A stretch of 64,000 nt of DNA. Origin: an uncultured Dehalococcoidia bacterium. Lineage in GTDB: Bacteria > Chloroflexota > Dehalococcoidia > SZUA-161. Positions 9,849 through 20,000 of the stretch are shown one piece after another. A model generated the notes under the pieces. The model was not told the origin of the DNA. It saw only the letters and a list, made by a program, of their open reading frames with translations, and ran no database searches. The position numbers and the translations under genes are program-made. The stretch spans positions 6,221 to 70,220 of the forward strand of contig CAZGDV010000001.1 of NCBI GenBank assembly GCA_964524995.1, in the 5' to 3' direction. Each line of letters starts with the position of its first letter. Within the stretch, counting starts at the first letter, position 1.

Positions 9849-11567
9849 CTACTCGCTGACGATAGCGACGGCACTCGCCACTGCCACGCCGCTGTTTGGA
9901 ACGTCGTCGTAGTATCCCAGGAAGAAGACCACTTCATCAGCTTCGTAGGCCCGCAGGTTATTAGCCCACCGATAGCCGATCGGCTGATACATGAGGTCCA
10001 CGCTCACCGTCAACGGGCCGCGGCCTTCCCCCACTTCAACCATATACCGGACAGTGTCACCACCGCCCTTGAAATCACTATCGTCGATCGCTGCCCCGAC
10101 AACGGCGATGTCGTCCTCGACGTCGTCCTTGTCGAAACCCAACGGGAGAAGCCGGTTGTCCTTCAAGTATCCCGCGCCATGAAGCAGAGTCGTGGTGACA
10201 CGCCCCTCCGTATCACCCATGATGGACTCGTATATCTGTACCTTGTCCGCACTGTCGATCAACGAGTAGTGGGGCTCGTACATTCCGGGACCGGCATCAT
10301 TGTCGTTGCCGGCAATCGAACCGCCGCTGTCCACCGCACCGGACTCGAAGAGAACGGTTCCGTCTGAATCGCTCACCCTGAAGTGAAGCCAGGCACGTCT
10401 TGAAGGAAAGCCCGTGGGGAACTTGTGGCCTGTGTCGCTGTTCACGGTCACGTCCGCCTGCAGTGTCCCGCCCGACAAGCTGCTTTCCACGCTGACCGTC
10501 GCAGTCCTGCTCTGGAACTGGTCCAGTACGTGGTCCATCTTGACCGCGAACTGTGTGCTTGACGCCGTTGCATTGACGTCAGGTCCGAACCACCGGAGTA
10601 TGTCGAGGATGTATGAGTTGCCGCCCACGAACAGGTGTCGGGAGAATGAGTTCCGGCTTTCGCGACCACTTCCGGGACTGACAACACCATCGAATGACGG
10701 CATATGGCACCCCTGGCAAGGCTTCTGCTCCGAGTATGCACTATTCGACCACTCCAAGAACGCCATCTGCTCCGGAAACTCACCGGCCACTTCACCGGAG
10801 GCATCCACGTAGGGCGTGTACAGCGTGTGGCAGGTAGCACACAGCCTCGCTTCCCTGATATGTGCAGCCTGTACGGGGCTGAATCCCGTGACGGCCTGCA
10901 TCGTCGCCACTTGGCCAGGTCTCACGGAGTAGGGGCCGTAGATGACGCGCTCCCCCTGCGTTTGCTCATCATCTATGACGAATCCTCCACTGAAGCTGCC
11001 CGCCTCACCCAATCCGGTCTCATCGATCTGATGGCAGAGAGTACACGACACGCCATCCACCGCGAGCGTGTGCAGATTGTTACCTTCATTGAGGAAGCCT
11101 TCGTCCAGCACCAACGTATCGGCCCCTTGTACAACCGCCGTGAACCGTGCCATGCCAGTGTGACACGTGGCACACTTGTCTTCGATGACCGACTGAAGCT
11201 CAGGGTTCTCCAGCGTCTCAGACCTCACCGACGCCCGCCAGTAGGGATCGCGCGCAGCGTTGGCCATCATCGTCGCACGCCAGTCGGTGTCGATCGAGAC
11301 ATCCGATCCAGCCTGATCCGTAAGCCTGGTATGGCAAGGCGCGCAAGCACCTGATGCCGAGAAGAAGGCGCCCTTGACGGTGGGCAGCGGTAGGCCACCG
11401 TGCGCCGGCGTCCCTGTGGGCTCGGGGGTTGTCGTAACTGCGGGCGTTGGCGATGGTGACGGAACAGGCGATTCAGGAGAGACACTCGGGGTTGGACTCG
11501 GCTCCGGTCCCGGCGAACAGCCGATCACAATGACGAGCAAGCATAGAATCAGGGCAATGTGTTTCAC
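9849..11567 (-). CDS. multiheme c-type cytochrome lipoprotein (5 CxxCH), probably surface-exposed
   Basis: GTG at 11567 (GGGGTGG RBS) gives MKHIALILCLLVIVIGCSPG, a signal peptide with lipobox IGC, followed by a Pro/Thr/Ser-rich linker. Five heme-binding motifs: CAPCH, CATCH, CTLCH, CATCH, CQGCH. Large heme-free C-terminal domain. Confidence 0.8.
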   Translation of the reverse strand: MKHIALILCLLVIVIGCSPGPEPSPTPSVSPESPVPSPSPTPAVTTTPEPTGTPAHGGLPLPTVKGAFFSASGACAPCHTRLTDQAGSDVSIDTDWRATMMANAARDPYWRASVRSETLENPELQSVIEDKCATCHTGMARFTAVVQGADTLVLDEGFLNEGNNLHTLAVDGVSCTLCHQIDETGLGEAGSFSGGFVIDDEQTQGERVIYGPYSVRPGQVATMQAVTGFSPVQAAHIREARLCATCHTLYTPYVDASGEVAGEFPEQMAFLEWSNSAYSEQKPCQGCHMPSFDGVVSPGSGRESRNSFSRHLFVGGNSYILDILRWFGPDVNATASSTQFAVKMDHVLDQFQSRTATVSVESSLSGGTLQADVTVNSDTGHKFPTGFPSRRAWLHFRVSDSDGTVLFESGAVDSGGSIAGNDNDAGPGMYEPHYSLIDSADKVQIYESIMGDTEGRVTTTLLHGAGYLKDNRLLPLGFDKDDVEDDIAVVGAAIDDSDFKGGGDTVRYMVEVGEGRGPLTVSVDLMYQPIGYRWANNLRAYEADEVVFFLGYYDDVPNSGVAVASAVAIVSE

Positions 11568-11774
11568 GGCTAGCCACCCCCGGAGAAAACCACCACTCAC
11601 CAACCTTCGTGCTCGCCGAAATGCCAGCTCAACATTCGGTGCACGGCGACGAAGTAAGTTACATCAACCCATACTTGTAAGGGAATTCGCCCCGCTGGTC
11701 AAGAGCCACGCATGATTCCCGACCGGTGCGAGAGGCCAGGACAGCTGGTACGTGTGGACCGGCGGGCCCGCCCC

Positions 11775-13316
11775 TCAACCGGCCTTTTTGAATACTATGC
11801 GCCTCAGCCAAGCCTCGCTGGGCTCCGGGAAGTCCGATCTCCAGTGAGCTCCCCGGCTCTCTTCCCTCGTCAACGCGGCCTCTGCAATCAAGCGTCCGAC
11901 CAGCACCATGTTCGCCAGCTCGTATGAAGGTCTGTCCATAGCCGGACGGAGAGTCCTCTCCCAAACAGCCAGTGTCCTCGCCGCCCGCCTCAAGCCGTCT
12001 CCCGACCGCAGGATTCCAACGTCCTCCCACATGATTGACCGGAGCGCCCTCAGGCTGAGTACCTGTTGGGCCTCTTCCCCCGAATCCCACTCAGCGAGGT
12101 TAACGGTCTTCGCGCGTGGTGCAGGCGTTATACCCGGCCTGCCTTTCACCCGATCGATGATGCGCTTCGCGAACACCAGCACCTCCAGCAGGGAGTTGGA
12201 AGCGAGACGGTTGGCACCGTGTACGCCTGTGCAAGCGACCTCGCCGCTCGCGAAGAGGCCGTTCACGTTGGTCTCGCCCCAGTAGTTGGTCCTCACTCCG
12301 CCCATCATGTAGTGGGCCGCCGGCACCACAGGTATGAGGGAGCTATTAATGTCCAGCCCGTGGTCCATGCAGAAGCGGTAGATCTGCGGGAAGCGCGTCG
12401 ACACAACCTTCGGTGGCAGATGCGTCACGTCCAGAAACACACGGTCTGTACCTGTCCTCTTCATCTCCGCAACGATTGCCCGCGCTACTATGTCCCTCGG
12501 TGCCAGGTCAGCCAAGTCGTTGTAACCTGACATGAAACGCTCGCCATCTACATTCCGCAGAATGCCACCCTCGCCCCGGACCGCCTCAGATATCAGGAAC
12601 AGCGGTACGCCGGGCAACCGCAACGCCGTGGGATGGAACTGTATGAACTCCATGTCGACGATATCCGCCCCCGCCCGGTAGGCCAGAGCCACGCCGTCTC
12701 CGGTAGCTACGTCGGGGTTCGTCGTGGTCTTGAACAACCGGCCCACCCCACCCGTCGCGAGGATGAGCGCACCGCACCGGAATACCTCTGTGGACCCCGA
12801 ACCCGCGTCGATGGCAGTCACACCCCCCACACGCCCATCGTCAACCAGGATCTCGGTTACCAGGCAATGCTCCAGAATAGTGATCCGCTTCGAGGCGCGT
12901 GCAGCGCGGCTGAGCGTGGTCTCAATCCTCTCCCCTGTTGCGTCACCCCCCGCATGAAGTATCCTGGGGACGCTATGAGCGGCTTCCTTCGTCAGCGCTA
13001 TCTCCCCATCCACCGTGTCGAAGGGTACGCCAAGCCCCACGAGATCAGCGATCCGGTCAGCAGCCTCCTCGGTCAATATGCGTACGGCCTCAGGATCACA
13101 AAGCCCAGCGCCCGCCGCTATCGTGTCCTGGAAGTGAAGCTCCGGATAGTCCACACTGCCAATGGCGGCCGCAATCCCACCCTGAGCATGCTTGGTGTTG
13201 CACTCATCTATGCTGCCTTTCGTCAGGACGAGTACGCTTCCCTCTTCGCCAGCCAGCAGCGCGTCATACAGGCCGGCTATACCGCTGCCAACCACTATGA
13301 AATCGTACTCCCCCAC
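11775..13316 (-). CDS. nadB: L-aspartate oxidase
   Basis: 513 aa; DFIVVGSGIAGL FAD motif, HAQGGIAA, and overall succinate-dehydrogenase/fumarate-reductase flavoprotein fold typical of NadB; directly downstream of nadA. Confidence 0.9.
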   Translation of the reverse strand: MGEYDFIVVGSGIAGLYDALLAGEEGSVLVLTKGSIDECNTKHAQGGIAAAIGSVDYPELHFQDTIAAGAGLCDPEAVRILTEEAADRIADLVGLGVPFDTVDGEIALTKEAAHSVPRILHAGGDATGERIETTLSRAARASKRITILEHCLVTEILVDDGRVGGVTAIDAGSGSTEVFRCGALILATGGVGRLFKTTTNPDVATGDGVALAYRAGADIVDMEFIQFHPTALRLPGVPLFLISEAVRGEGGILRNVDGERFMSGYNDLADLAPRDIVARAIVAEMKRTGTDRVFLDVTHLPPKVVSTRFPQIYRFCMDHGLDINSSLIPVVPAAHYMMGGVRTNYWGETNVNGLFASGEVACTGVHGANRLASNSLLEVLVFAKRIIDRVKGRPGITPAPRAKTVNLAEWDSGEEAQQVLSLRALRSIMWEDVGILRSGDGLRRAARTLAVWERTLRPAMDRPSYELANMVLVGRLIAEAALTREESRGAHWRSDFPEPSEAWLRRIVFKKAG

Positions 13317-13325
13317 TCGTGCTCC

Positions 13326-14249
13326 CTAGGCCAGGTCCAGCATGCGGTCCAGACTTCGCTTCGCCTTGGCCCTTGTCTCCTCCGGCACTGTCACCACGTT
13401 CCTCATTCCCTCCATTGTGGCCACTACCTCCGCCAGCGTCGTCTTCTTCATATCATGACACACCATGCTGGGCGAGAGAAGATGAAACCGCTTGTCTGGA
13501 TTGTCCAGTCTCAGACGATGCAGCAGTCCCTCCTCCGTGCCGATCACGAAGTCGGAGGCTGCGCTGTCCTTGACGTACCGTGCCATCTGTGACGTGCTCA
13601 GTGCCAAATCCGATCGAGCTATGACATCCGACCTGCACTCCGGGTGGACCAAGACGACCGCTCCCGGATGCTCCTCTCTGGCCCTATCGACATGCCTCTC
13701 CCCTATGCGATTGTGCACGATGCAGTAGCCCGGATAGAGGACCACCTGCTTCTTCGTCTTCGTCGATACGTAATGCCCCAGATTCCGGTCGGGAACGAAG
13801 ATAACCTGGTTGCCGGGAACCGCCTCCACCACCTTCAGCGCATTGGCCGACGTGCAGCAGTAATCGCTCTCGGCCTTGACGGCCGCTGACGAGTTGACGT
13901 AGCAAACAACCGTGGCTTTCGGATACCTGGCCTTCCACTCCCGTAGGCCTTCCACGTCGATCATGTCGGCCATAGGGCAGCCAGCTGTGCCTTCGGCGAG
14001 CAAGACGGTGCGATCCGGATTCAAAATCGCTGCAGTCTCCGCCATGAAACGCACCGCGCAGAAAACCAGCACCTCCGCGTCCAACTCCGTCGCCTCTCTG
14101 GCCAACTCGAGCGAGTCACCGACGAAATCCGCGACGTCCTGAACCTCCGGTCGCTGATAGTTGTGCGCCATCAGTACGGCGTTCAGGCGCTTCTTCAACT
14201 CGGGGATACGTTCAGCAAGTGGGCTCTGTGCTTGTGAAAGCGCGCTCAC
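13326..14249 (-). CDS. nadA: quinolinate synthase A
   Basis: NadA motifs: LAHNYQ..PEVQDVADFVGDSLELA, CPMADMI, VVCYVNSSAAVKAESDYCCTSANA, GYCIVH. I prefer the GTG start at 14249 (AAGGG 10 nt upstream), which gives a typical ~25-aa lead before LAHNYQ. The track's start at 14345 is also GTG and would add 32 aa. Confidence 0.85.
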   Translation of the reverse strand: MSALSQAQSPLAERIPELKKRLNAVLMAHNYQRPEVQDVADFVGDSLELAREATELDAEVLVFCAVRFMAETAAILNPDRTVLLAEGTAGCPMADMIDVEGLREWKARYPKATVVCYVNSSAAVKAESDYCCTSANALKVVEAVPGNQVIFVPDRNLGHYVSTKTKKQVVLYPGYCIVHNRIGERHVDRAREEHPGAVVLVHPECRSDVIARSDLALSTSQMARYVKDSAASDFVIGTEEGLLHRLRLDNPDKRFHLLSPSMVCHDMKKTTLAEVVATMEGMRNVVTVPEETRAKAKRSLDRMLDLA

Positions 14250-14385
14250 GTCCGCGAAGCCCTTCGGGGATAGCTTAGTCGAATGCCCTTGGAGTGTCAA
14301 CGCAACGTCGTACTGCCTACGAACCAACAAGAAGGGGCGGGCCACTGGCAGTGACCCGCCCCCATTGACTCAAATGTGATCTTGG

Positions 14386-15492
14386 CTAACGCGCCTGTCC
14401 CGCGAGCGCCGCCTCCGGGGCACGACCCCCGACTCCGACGGCTAGAGGATCACGCGAGTCCTCCGGCTTGCTGTACCTCTTCGCGGCCTCCTCTCGATCC
14501 ACTACTCCACTCCTGACCAACTCCTGCAGACTCTGGTCCAGAGTCTGCATACCATACTGCTTCCCGGTCTGGATATACGTGGGTATCTGGTCGATTCGGT
14601 TCTCTCTAATCAGGCTTCGAATCGCATCCGTGCCGACCATTACCTCGAAGGCCGCGACCCTGCCAATCCCCTCAGCCCGAGGCACCAGTACCTGAGAGAT
14701 AACGCCTTCGAGCACCAGCGACAGCTGGCACCTGATCTGTTCTTGCTGCGACGCCGGGAAGACGTCGACGATTCGCTCAACCGTCTGAGGTGCGCTCATG
14801 GTGTGAAGCGTGCTGAGTACCAGGTGTCCTGTCTCAGCAGCCGTGATCGCCGTCGATATCGTGTCGAGGTCGCGCATCTCGCCGACCAGTATCACATCGG
14901 GGTCCTGTCGCAAGGTGTGCCTCAACGCATTCGCGAATGAGGTCGTGTCGTCGCCCAGATCGCGCTGGGCAATCAGGCACATATCGTTTTGATGGGCATA
15001 CTCAATGGGATCCTCGATCGTGATTACGTTCCGCCTGTCATTATGATTCAGATGATTGATCATCGCGGCCAGCGTCGTCGATTTGCCACTCCCGGTCGGC
15101 CCCGTTACCAGCACGAGGCCCTTGGTGCGCAGGGCGAACGACCTGCACACGGCTGGCAGCCCGAGATCCTCGATCGTCGGCATGTCCAGAGACACCTGCC
15201 GTATCGCCAGACTGATAGTGCCCCTCTGGAAGAACGCATTCAACCTGAAGCGCGCCAGCCCGGGCACACTGTATGCCAGATCCAGTTCCTTCTTCTCGTG
15301 GAACTCGTTCCACTGCTCATCAGTGGTGATCTGTTCCAGTGCCTGCCTGGCATAGTCCGGGGTGACATCCGGGAGATCAGTCAAGGGGACGAGAATGCCA
15401 TCTATTCGGAACACCGGGGGACTGGGTACACGGATATGGAGATCGGACGCCTTCTTCTCTACCATCAGCGCGAGTAGCTCGTGGATGTTCAT
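14386..15492 (-). CDS. pilT: type IV pilus retraction (twitching motility) ATPase PilT
   Basis: Walker A LVTGPTGSGKSTT; PilT-type N-terminus MNIHELLALMVEKKASDLHI from ATG at 15492 with AGGTGG RBS 5 nt upstream. The 61 extra N-terminal residues of the track ORF are rejected. Confidence 0.85.
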   Translation of the reverse strand: MNIHELLALMVEKKASDLHIRVPSPPVFRIDGILVPLTDLPDVTPDYARQALEQITTDEQWNEFHEKKELDLAYSVPGLARFRLNAFFQRGTISLAIRQVSLDMPTIEDLGLPAVCRSFALRTKGLVLVTGPTGSGKSTTLAAMINHLNHNDRRNVITIEDPIEYAHQNDMCLIAQRDLGDDTTSFANALRHTLRQDPDVILVGEMRDLDTISTAITAAETGHLVLSTLHTMSAPQTVERIVDVFPASQQEQIRCQLSLVLEGVISQVLVPRAEGIGRVAAFEVMVGTDAIRSLIRENRIDQIPTYIQTGKQYGMQTLDQSLQELVRSGVVDREEAAKRYSKPEDSRDPLAVGVGGRAPEAALAGQAR

Positions 15493-15823
15493 TTCTTCCA
15501 CCTTTCTTCGCGGAGGGTCAACATCGCCTCTGCGCCAGCTTGTTTGCCCCTCGCCCCAGTCCGTGCACTGTCGCAGACCTCCTGTTAAGGGGGGCCGTAC
15601 CAGGAGGCCGCGACAGCGCAGAGACTGTATGGCCCATTCCGCCGCCCATCCACCCGACCTTTCATATAACGACAATCCCCGCTGACTGTTACACCCCCCT
15701 CTCCGTTACCCCATCAATCGGGCCGGGGATTGCACCTGGACAGCATTCGAGATACAGTTACAGGGCGAACAGTCTTGTCATGGCCCAATCGGCTGGTCCC
15801 TGTCTCCAGCCAGGAGCAAACGC

Positions 15824-17029
15824 TTGCACATAAGACACTTGTCTCTCAGCAACTTCCGAAACTACGCCAGACTTGAGCTCGACCTGTCTCCCGGCATCTC
15901 CGTGTTCTACGGCGACAACGCCCAGGGCAAGACCAACCTCCTCGAATCCGTCTACGTGCTGGCCACCAGCAGGTCACCCCGGACAACCTCCGACGGTGAA
16001 CTCATCAGCTGGCCGGCGCTGAAAGAAGACATGCCCGTTTGCCGAATCGCCGCCGAAGTCGAGAAGGGAGCACGAACGCATACCGTCGAGATCGCCCTCA
16101 TGGCAAGAATGGGCTCCCATCAACGAGAGCACCCCGCATCGACCACGCATCTCATGCCGAAAGCTCCGACAGTGCACAAGCGCGTACGTCTGGATGGAGC
16201 ACCCAAGCGTGCGGCAGACCTGATCGGGCAGATCAAGGCCGTCGTATTCACCGTACATGACATCGATATTGTCAGCGGAGAGCCCGCCCTGCGGCGTCGC
16301 TACCTCGATATCACGATTTCGCAACTCGACAGACTATACCTGCGCCATCTCCAGCGCTACAGCAAGGTGCTATCGCAACGCAACAGACTTCTCCACCGCA
16401 TAGCCGAAGGTGAGGCCCACCAGGACGAGCTCGCATTCTGGGACAAAGAGCTTACACAGAGCGGCTCTTATCTGGTTGTGCAGCGTGCGCGGGCCGTCGC
16501 TGGGTTGGAGGAACTGGCCCAGCCGACCCATGCCGAACTCAGTGGTGAGGAAGCGGCGCTGCGAATGGTGTACGTCAGAAGTATAGGTGCAAGGGATAGC
16601 GCGGACGTCGACACCGAAGACACAATCGCCACCCTCTTCCGTGAAGCCCTGAATGCATCTCGGGCGAAGGAGCTGGCACAGAAGGCCACACTAATCGGGC
16701 CGCATCGCGACGAGTTGCGGTTCCTCTCCAACGGGATAGACGTGGGGGTCTACAGCTCCAGGGGCCAGCAACGAACGGTCGCCCTCGCTTTGAAGCTGGC
16801 CCAGGCACGGTTCATCCTGGACGAGACCGGTGAACCCCCGGTTCTACTGCTCGACGATGTGCTCTCGGAGTTGGATGCCCGGCGCCGTGCCCACCTGCTG
16901 GCTTCGATCCAGGAGTACCACCAGGTCCTGGTGACGGCCACTGAGCTGGACCACTTCGACGGTGATTTCCTGTCCAAGGCCAACGTCTGCGAGGTGAAGG
17001 ATGGGAGGGTGGAACGGGCCGGTACGTGA
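15824..17029 (+). CDS. recF: DNA replication and repair protein RecF
   Basis: 401 aa; MHIRHLSLSNFRNYARLELDLSPGISVFYGDNAQGKTNLLE (RecF N-terminus + Walker A), C-terminal LLLDDVLSELD signature. Confidence 0.9.
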   Translation: MHIRHLSLSNFRNYARLELDLSPGISVFYGDNAQGKTNLLESVYVLATSRSPRTTSDGELISWPALKEDMPVCRIAAEVEKGARTHTVEIALMARMGSHQREHPASTTHLMPKAPTVHKRVRLDGAPKRAADLIGQIKAVVFTVHDIDIVSGEPALRRRYLDITISQLDRLYLRHLQRYSKVLSQRNRLLHRIAEGEAHQDELAFWDKELTQSGSYLVVQRARAVAGLEELAQPTHAELSGEEAALRMVYVRSIGARDSADVDTEDTIATLFREALNASRAKELAQKATLIGPHRDELRFLSNGIDVGVYSSRGQQRTVALALKLAQARFILDETGEPPVLLLDDVLSELDARRRAHLLASIQEYHQVLVTATELDHFDGDFLSKANVCEVKDGRVERAGT

Positions 17030-17079
17030 GTCTGCAACCTTGAACAGGCAACTGATGCTGAGGCAACGGCTTCGTGGCA

Positions 17080-20000
17080 CTAGGCGACGGCATGCAGACG
17101 CCGACCAGCGTCTCGCGAGGTGAACTTGATAATCTCGGCGAAGTTAGCTATCTTGGCCTGGTTATTGCTCTCCAGAATGCCATCGTAGGTGAGGCTGATC
17201 CATGGCTTGCCGTACATGGCGGCAAGCTGCTCCGCGATCGCGGCCACGATGCCCCCGGGCATGCAGCCATGGGGCATGACCGATATCACGCCGGCGAACG
17301 CCGGGTCCTCCAGCCACTCCAGCCCCGCTCCTATGCTCAGAACGGCCTCGCTGCCACACTTCGGCGAGAGGTATCTACCCGACATCGAGAGCAGGTCCCT
17401 GGTGCTCGGCTCCTTCCCGTCTACGTAGCCATTAAACAGGGAAGCTACCCTATGTTCATCCCACTTGAGGAACGCTTTCCTCAGATAGCCCTTGAGCACC
17501 CTCTTCAGGTCCCTGTCTCTGACACCATCCTCGATGTTGCGGTGTGTGACGTACTTGAACCACTCGGACATTGGTGAGACCACGACCTCCAGGCCAGCCT
17601 TCTCGCAATCACGGACCAGATCATTGTTGCTAAACCGGTTGGACCTCAAGAATATCTCGCCGTTGATGCCGACGATAGGTCTTCTGGGCTCTGTGGGATC
17701 GATCAGCGAAGTGAGTTTCTGGGATGCGTCCCTTAGCACGGGGTCTATCGATTGCCTCTTGCTGGTCACCTCAGTCACCCTGGCCAGGTACTCCCGGAAC
17801 ACCCTTTCCGCCGCGCCTTCTTCCTTCTCGTACGGCCTGCTTCGCCATAGCAGGCGCTCCAGGTAGTCAACACCCACGATGGCTCTCCAGGCCAGTCGTT
17901 CGAATCCCGAACCGAGGTTCCAATCATGGTAGCCGTTGTTGGAGACAGTAGTCCTGATGGGGAAATCAAAGCCCAGCCCGCGCAGTATGCGTATTTGCTC
18001 TACCGCGTACTTGCCGAAGCGGCACGGCCCGAAGGCGGCAGCCAAGAACCCCTCTACAGCCTTAGGGGTTTCTCCGCCGTTGTCGTCATACAGGTATCGC
18101 ATGAACCCGCCCAGCGTAACGCGATAGGGCAGACACTCCTTCCCCGAAGTCACCCTGTTGGCATAGAGCAGGTTCCTGTAATCCGGCTCTGGTAGCACCT
18201 GCGCGTCGACTCCGTAGGCCTGCATCGCCGCAGCCAGTACGTCAGCATGCTCGCACATCCTGGGCAGAAGCACCCTCTGGCTCTCATTGAATCTGGTGTA
18301 CGCGTACCTGCGTATATCCCTTCCGTCCACACCCGACTCGACGATCCTATCTGATCCGGCATACTGCTTGATCGTGTCGACGAAAGCCTCCAACCTGGTT
18401 ACTATCCCTGCCTCCGCCGCATGCTCGTCGATCTCCAGTTGGCCCAACGGCTTGTCGCCCATTATGTCCTCAACGATATTGAGCACGAACGAGTTCGGGC
18501 CGCAGCCGAAGTTGGTCACCACCAGGCCGAAAAGCTGCGGATCCTTGGCCACGATAGCCGCGGCAGCTATTTGCTTTGCCTCATTGAACCAGTACGGGCG
18601 ATCCGAGTAGTCCCTGACGTTGACAGTGGACAGGGGCAGGAAGTCCAGCGGAATCGGCGTCACGCCCAACTGGGCGAGCTTCTCGGCAATCCCGAGGTTG
18701 GCCCCCGAATCCTGCGACATGTACGACCGGGCGAAGATCACGACCCCGAGTTGTTCGCTCTCGCGAAGCTTTGCCATAGTCTGTCGGCCCAGCTCCGCCT
18801 CGGCCTCCAGGAAATCCCGATGCGCCTTCAGCGCAGCGAAGGCAGCCCTTTCACCCCGTCTTTTCGAGAAACCCATCCTGACGGCAGCTCGGGTAAGGTT
18901 CTCGATCACGTCTTCGTCGCCGTGGCTGAAGTCGATCATTGGTACGACGAGCTTCCTGCCCAGACCCAGCGCCTGACGCACTATGAACGGCGATGCTTGC
19001 ACGAGCGGGCAGGCATACTTCTGGTCCTCGTCGCCTTCCTGCCGACCCATCCTCAGCACACTGGGGAAGAGAATAAAGTCCGTGTGCTCCTTGAGGCTTT
19101 CGCCATGCCCGTGAACGAGCTTGATCGGGAAGCAACTGTCCGTGTAGCTGAGTTCGACCGACTGGTGTATTATCTGGTTGTTGGTCCTGGTCGACAGCAC
19201 AGCCTTGGCCCCGAGAGCGTTCAGGAACCCCAAGAGCATCGGAGCATAGTCATACACCACCAGCGACCTGGGAATGCCGACAGTCGGCCCACCGCCCGCG
19301 CCCGACTCGTACCCGCCGAACAGCAGCTTCTCGCGGTCGTCGAACGGCGTCGACACCCTCTCACGGCCCACAGTACTGTCGAACAGATCACACCTGCTCC
19401 CGTAGAACGTAGGTGACTCGCCCGGGATTTCCATTCTCGTTATTGTGCAGTTGTTGTCACATTTCTTGCAGATGAAAGTCGACAGCTTGTGATGGCTGTC
19501 AATGACCCTCTGGAAGCCCTTGAAACTCGACGGCTGGCCAGCCATTTCCTCCTTGGCCAACAAGGCAACCCCGATCGCGCCCGTCACCTCCTTGTGCTCG
19601 GCAACCCGGACTCTCTTGCCCTCCAGCGCAGCCTTGAACGCAGACACCACCGCATCGTTGTAGAACACGGCGCCGGTCAGGATTACGCTTTCGCCCAGTC
19701 TCCGCGTTCCGAGTACCTTTGACAGGTAGTTGGCGGCAATGGAGTTCGACAGGCTCGCGGTTATCACCTCCAGCGGCACACCCTCCTGCTGCGCCGAGGC
19801 AACCGACTGGCCCATGAACGCAGCGCAGCGCGAGCCCAGATCGATAGTATGCGGGGCGTCGAAGGCCAGCCGCGCAAACTCGCCGTCGTGCACCCGGACG
19901 CCGAGCTGCTCCGCCAGCTCGTCGATGAAGCTGCCGGTCCCGGCAGCACAGGCCTTGTTCATCTGGTAGTCGACGACAACGCCGTTGCGCTTGATAACGA

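Noticed and set aside
14386-15675. Longer starts for pilT (15675), mazE (27140), flavodoxin gene (9937), radical SAM (57847) and fni (55777)
   Set aside because: The conserved N-termini begin at internal start codons that have Shine-Dalgarno sequences; the extensions overlap upstream genes or lack an RBS.
17030-17100. Inverted repeat GTCTGCA ... TGCAGAC between convergent recF and the PlsAR-like gene
   Set aside because: Arms are separated by about 55 nt with no U-tract; unlikely to be a functional intrinsic terminator.
18421-19416. 331-aa + strand ORF inside the PlsAR-like gene (and many similar 60-200 aa ORFs throughout, e.g. 28225-29421, 28832-30028, 9377-9820, 4501-5373)
   Set aside because: Each is antisense to or out of frame with a confidently assigned gene and is Arg/Pro/Ala-rich, as typical for GC-rich spurious frames.
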